Assembly (NCBI GenBank): GCA_002189035.1
Contig: CM007992.1
Coordinates: 1,798,001-1,862,000 of the forward strand
Source of the DNA: Utricularia gibba
Taxonomy: Eukaryota > Plantae > Magnoliophyta
Direction: 5' to 3'
DNA length: 64,000 bases
The translations under genes were made by a program, and so were the position numbers. This document shows, one piece after another, positions 62,300 through 64,000 of this stretch (position 1 is the first letter of the stretch; every line of letters starts with the position of its first letter). The notes under the pieces are model-generated. The model had not been told where the DNA came from. It did no database searches and saw only the letters and a list, made by a program, of their open reading frames with translations.

Positions 62300-64000
62300 T
62301 GATATGTCGAATGTGGATGAAGAAGATCCAGATCTCATATCTCCTGAAAAAGAGGATCCCAAACTTCCATTATGGCAAGTCATGTTGCATCATAGGAGAG
62401 ATTGTGATACAAGAGGCAATACAGAAGTTAATTACACCTTTTGTGAGAAATCTTTTATTGCATCTTATGGATGAGTTCGAGCCCACATATTGAAGACCGG
62501 TCAAAATGTAGGTGGGCATTTGAAGATTGATTCTGCGGCACCTGTTGAAATGAGGGAAATGAAGAATAAAGGAGTAGCTTTGATAGAAAGTAAAAAATCA
62601 GCAACTACTGCAAAATCTGGTAATACTAAATTGGATCATGTAGTAACCAAACATGGATACTTTAGTGAGAGGAGTTAAAAGAAAAAGTTTGTAAAGGGTA
62701 GACGAAATGCTCAAGAATCATGCACATGTGAAAGAGATGTTGGATGAATTGCAAGGTTTTTTTATTCTACTGGAATTCCTTTTAATGTATCTTGCGACCC
62801 ATATTATGTAGGGGCATTTGAAGTTGCAGCAGCACTTCTTATTCTAGGTTACTAAATTACTAATTTTAATTATACTTTTCCTTACTTGTTTGATAAAGTT
62901 ACGTTTTATATAGGCTACAAACCACGTGGATACAATGCTATGAGAAATAAGTTATTGCAAAATGAAAAGGTTCGAATTGACAACCTTTTACAAGTTTTTA
63001 GAAAAAATTGGAGACGAAGTTTGTTACTTTGGTAAGCAATGGGTGGACTGATTCACAAAAACGACCATTGATTAACTAGCTGTGAATGAGTGTGAAGTAC
63101 AATTTTTAAAAACTATTAATTGTGAGAGTGAGTTCAAAAATGCTGCACTTGTCACTTCATTGATGGAAAAGACAATCACGGAAATTGGGGCTTCAAACGT
63201 GGTACAAATAATAACTGATAATGCTAGTATTTGTAAGGCCGCTAGTGAGATGATAGAAGAAAAAATCCCAGAGGTAATGTAAATTTATATTTTATAGTCA
63301 TATTTATACAAATGTGTATTACTAATCTTTTCTTTAATATTGTAGATTTTTTGGACTCCATGTATACTGTATAGATTAGACTTGCTTTGTAAGGATATTT
63401 TCACCTATACTAAACAACTTGACTTATATGCAATGTGGATGGATTATGGTAACCATGGAGAAGATGAAAAATGATAAAGCAGTTTATCACAAGTCACAAA
63501 AGGAGATTTGCTTTATTTAAAAGATATTCTAAATTGAGATCATTGATAGTGGCAGAGACACATTTCGGTTCGATTATTGTCATGATGAGACGGTTTAAGA
63601 TAGTTAAACAAGAGTGGAAATCTATGGTTGTTAGTAATGAGTGGATTAATCTATGTGGATGTCGGAATGATGAGATAAGAAAGCAAGAAAATATGGTTAT
63701 ATGGTTTTGGATATACATTTTTGGGACTCCATTGATAATGTACTTTCTTTCACAGTGCCTATTTACTCTATGTTCAAAATCTCTGATAGAGATAAAGTTA
63801 GGCTTCACATGATTTACACTATGTGGCATTCCATGTTGGAAAAAGTGAAGAAAGCAATATATACTTTCGAAAAAAAGAATATTAATATGGAAAGTGATTT
63901 TTGGAAGATGACATATAGGATGGAACAATGTGACTCCATTGCATGCGTTGGGCTCACATTAAATCCTAGGTAAATTTTAGTTTGTATAAATATTTTGAGT
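62300..64000 (+). pseudogene. Degenerate hAT-superfamily transposase (BED finger plus DUF659-type), running off the window
   Basis: PLWQ...NTEVNYTFCEKSFIASY..VRAHILK, IARFFYSTGIPFNV, GYKPRGYNAMRNKLLQNEK, NGWTDSQKRPLIN, VVQIITDNASICKAA. Stops and frameshifts present. No TIR identified. Confidence 0.82.

Overview
AT-rich plant (eudicot-like) nuclear DNA. Most of the window is nested and decayed transposable elements around a small gene island at about 38-50 kb. The island holds two intact genes. One is a 10-exon clade II serine carboxypeptidase-like gene (+, SCPL42-like, 474 aa). The other is a GRAS transcription factor with an intronless CDS (-, SCL1-like, 571 aa). Just downstream of SCL1 lies a 3'-truncated, intron-retaining SPT5 pseudogene. 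The TE content can be reconstructed from target-site duplications (TSDs) and from host reading frames that are restored when an insert is removed. It includes two PIF/Harbinger elements: one 4.8 kb with near-perfect TIRs, and one old element expanded to about 20 kb by nested insertions. It also includes three LTR retrotransposons that retain both LTRs (Ale-like copia, Tork/Tnt1-like copia, CRM-clade gypsy with a tRNA-Asn PBS), nine solo LTRs (four Athila-like, three of an unclassified 1.3-kb family, one CRM-like, one 5S-bearing Cassandra-like), several copia/gypsy remnants and a decayed hAT transposase at the right edge. I found no convincing wholly new biological system. The most unusual items are an alternating-orientation array of TIR-like motifs inside a PIF element, possible Ulp1-like cargo in the old PIF, the SPT5 relic, a conserved Glu-to-Ala change in the SCPL, and several templated-insertion repair scars. 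All identifications come from recognising motifs by eye, with no database search. Lineage names, identities and ages are approximate.
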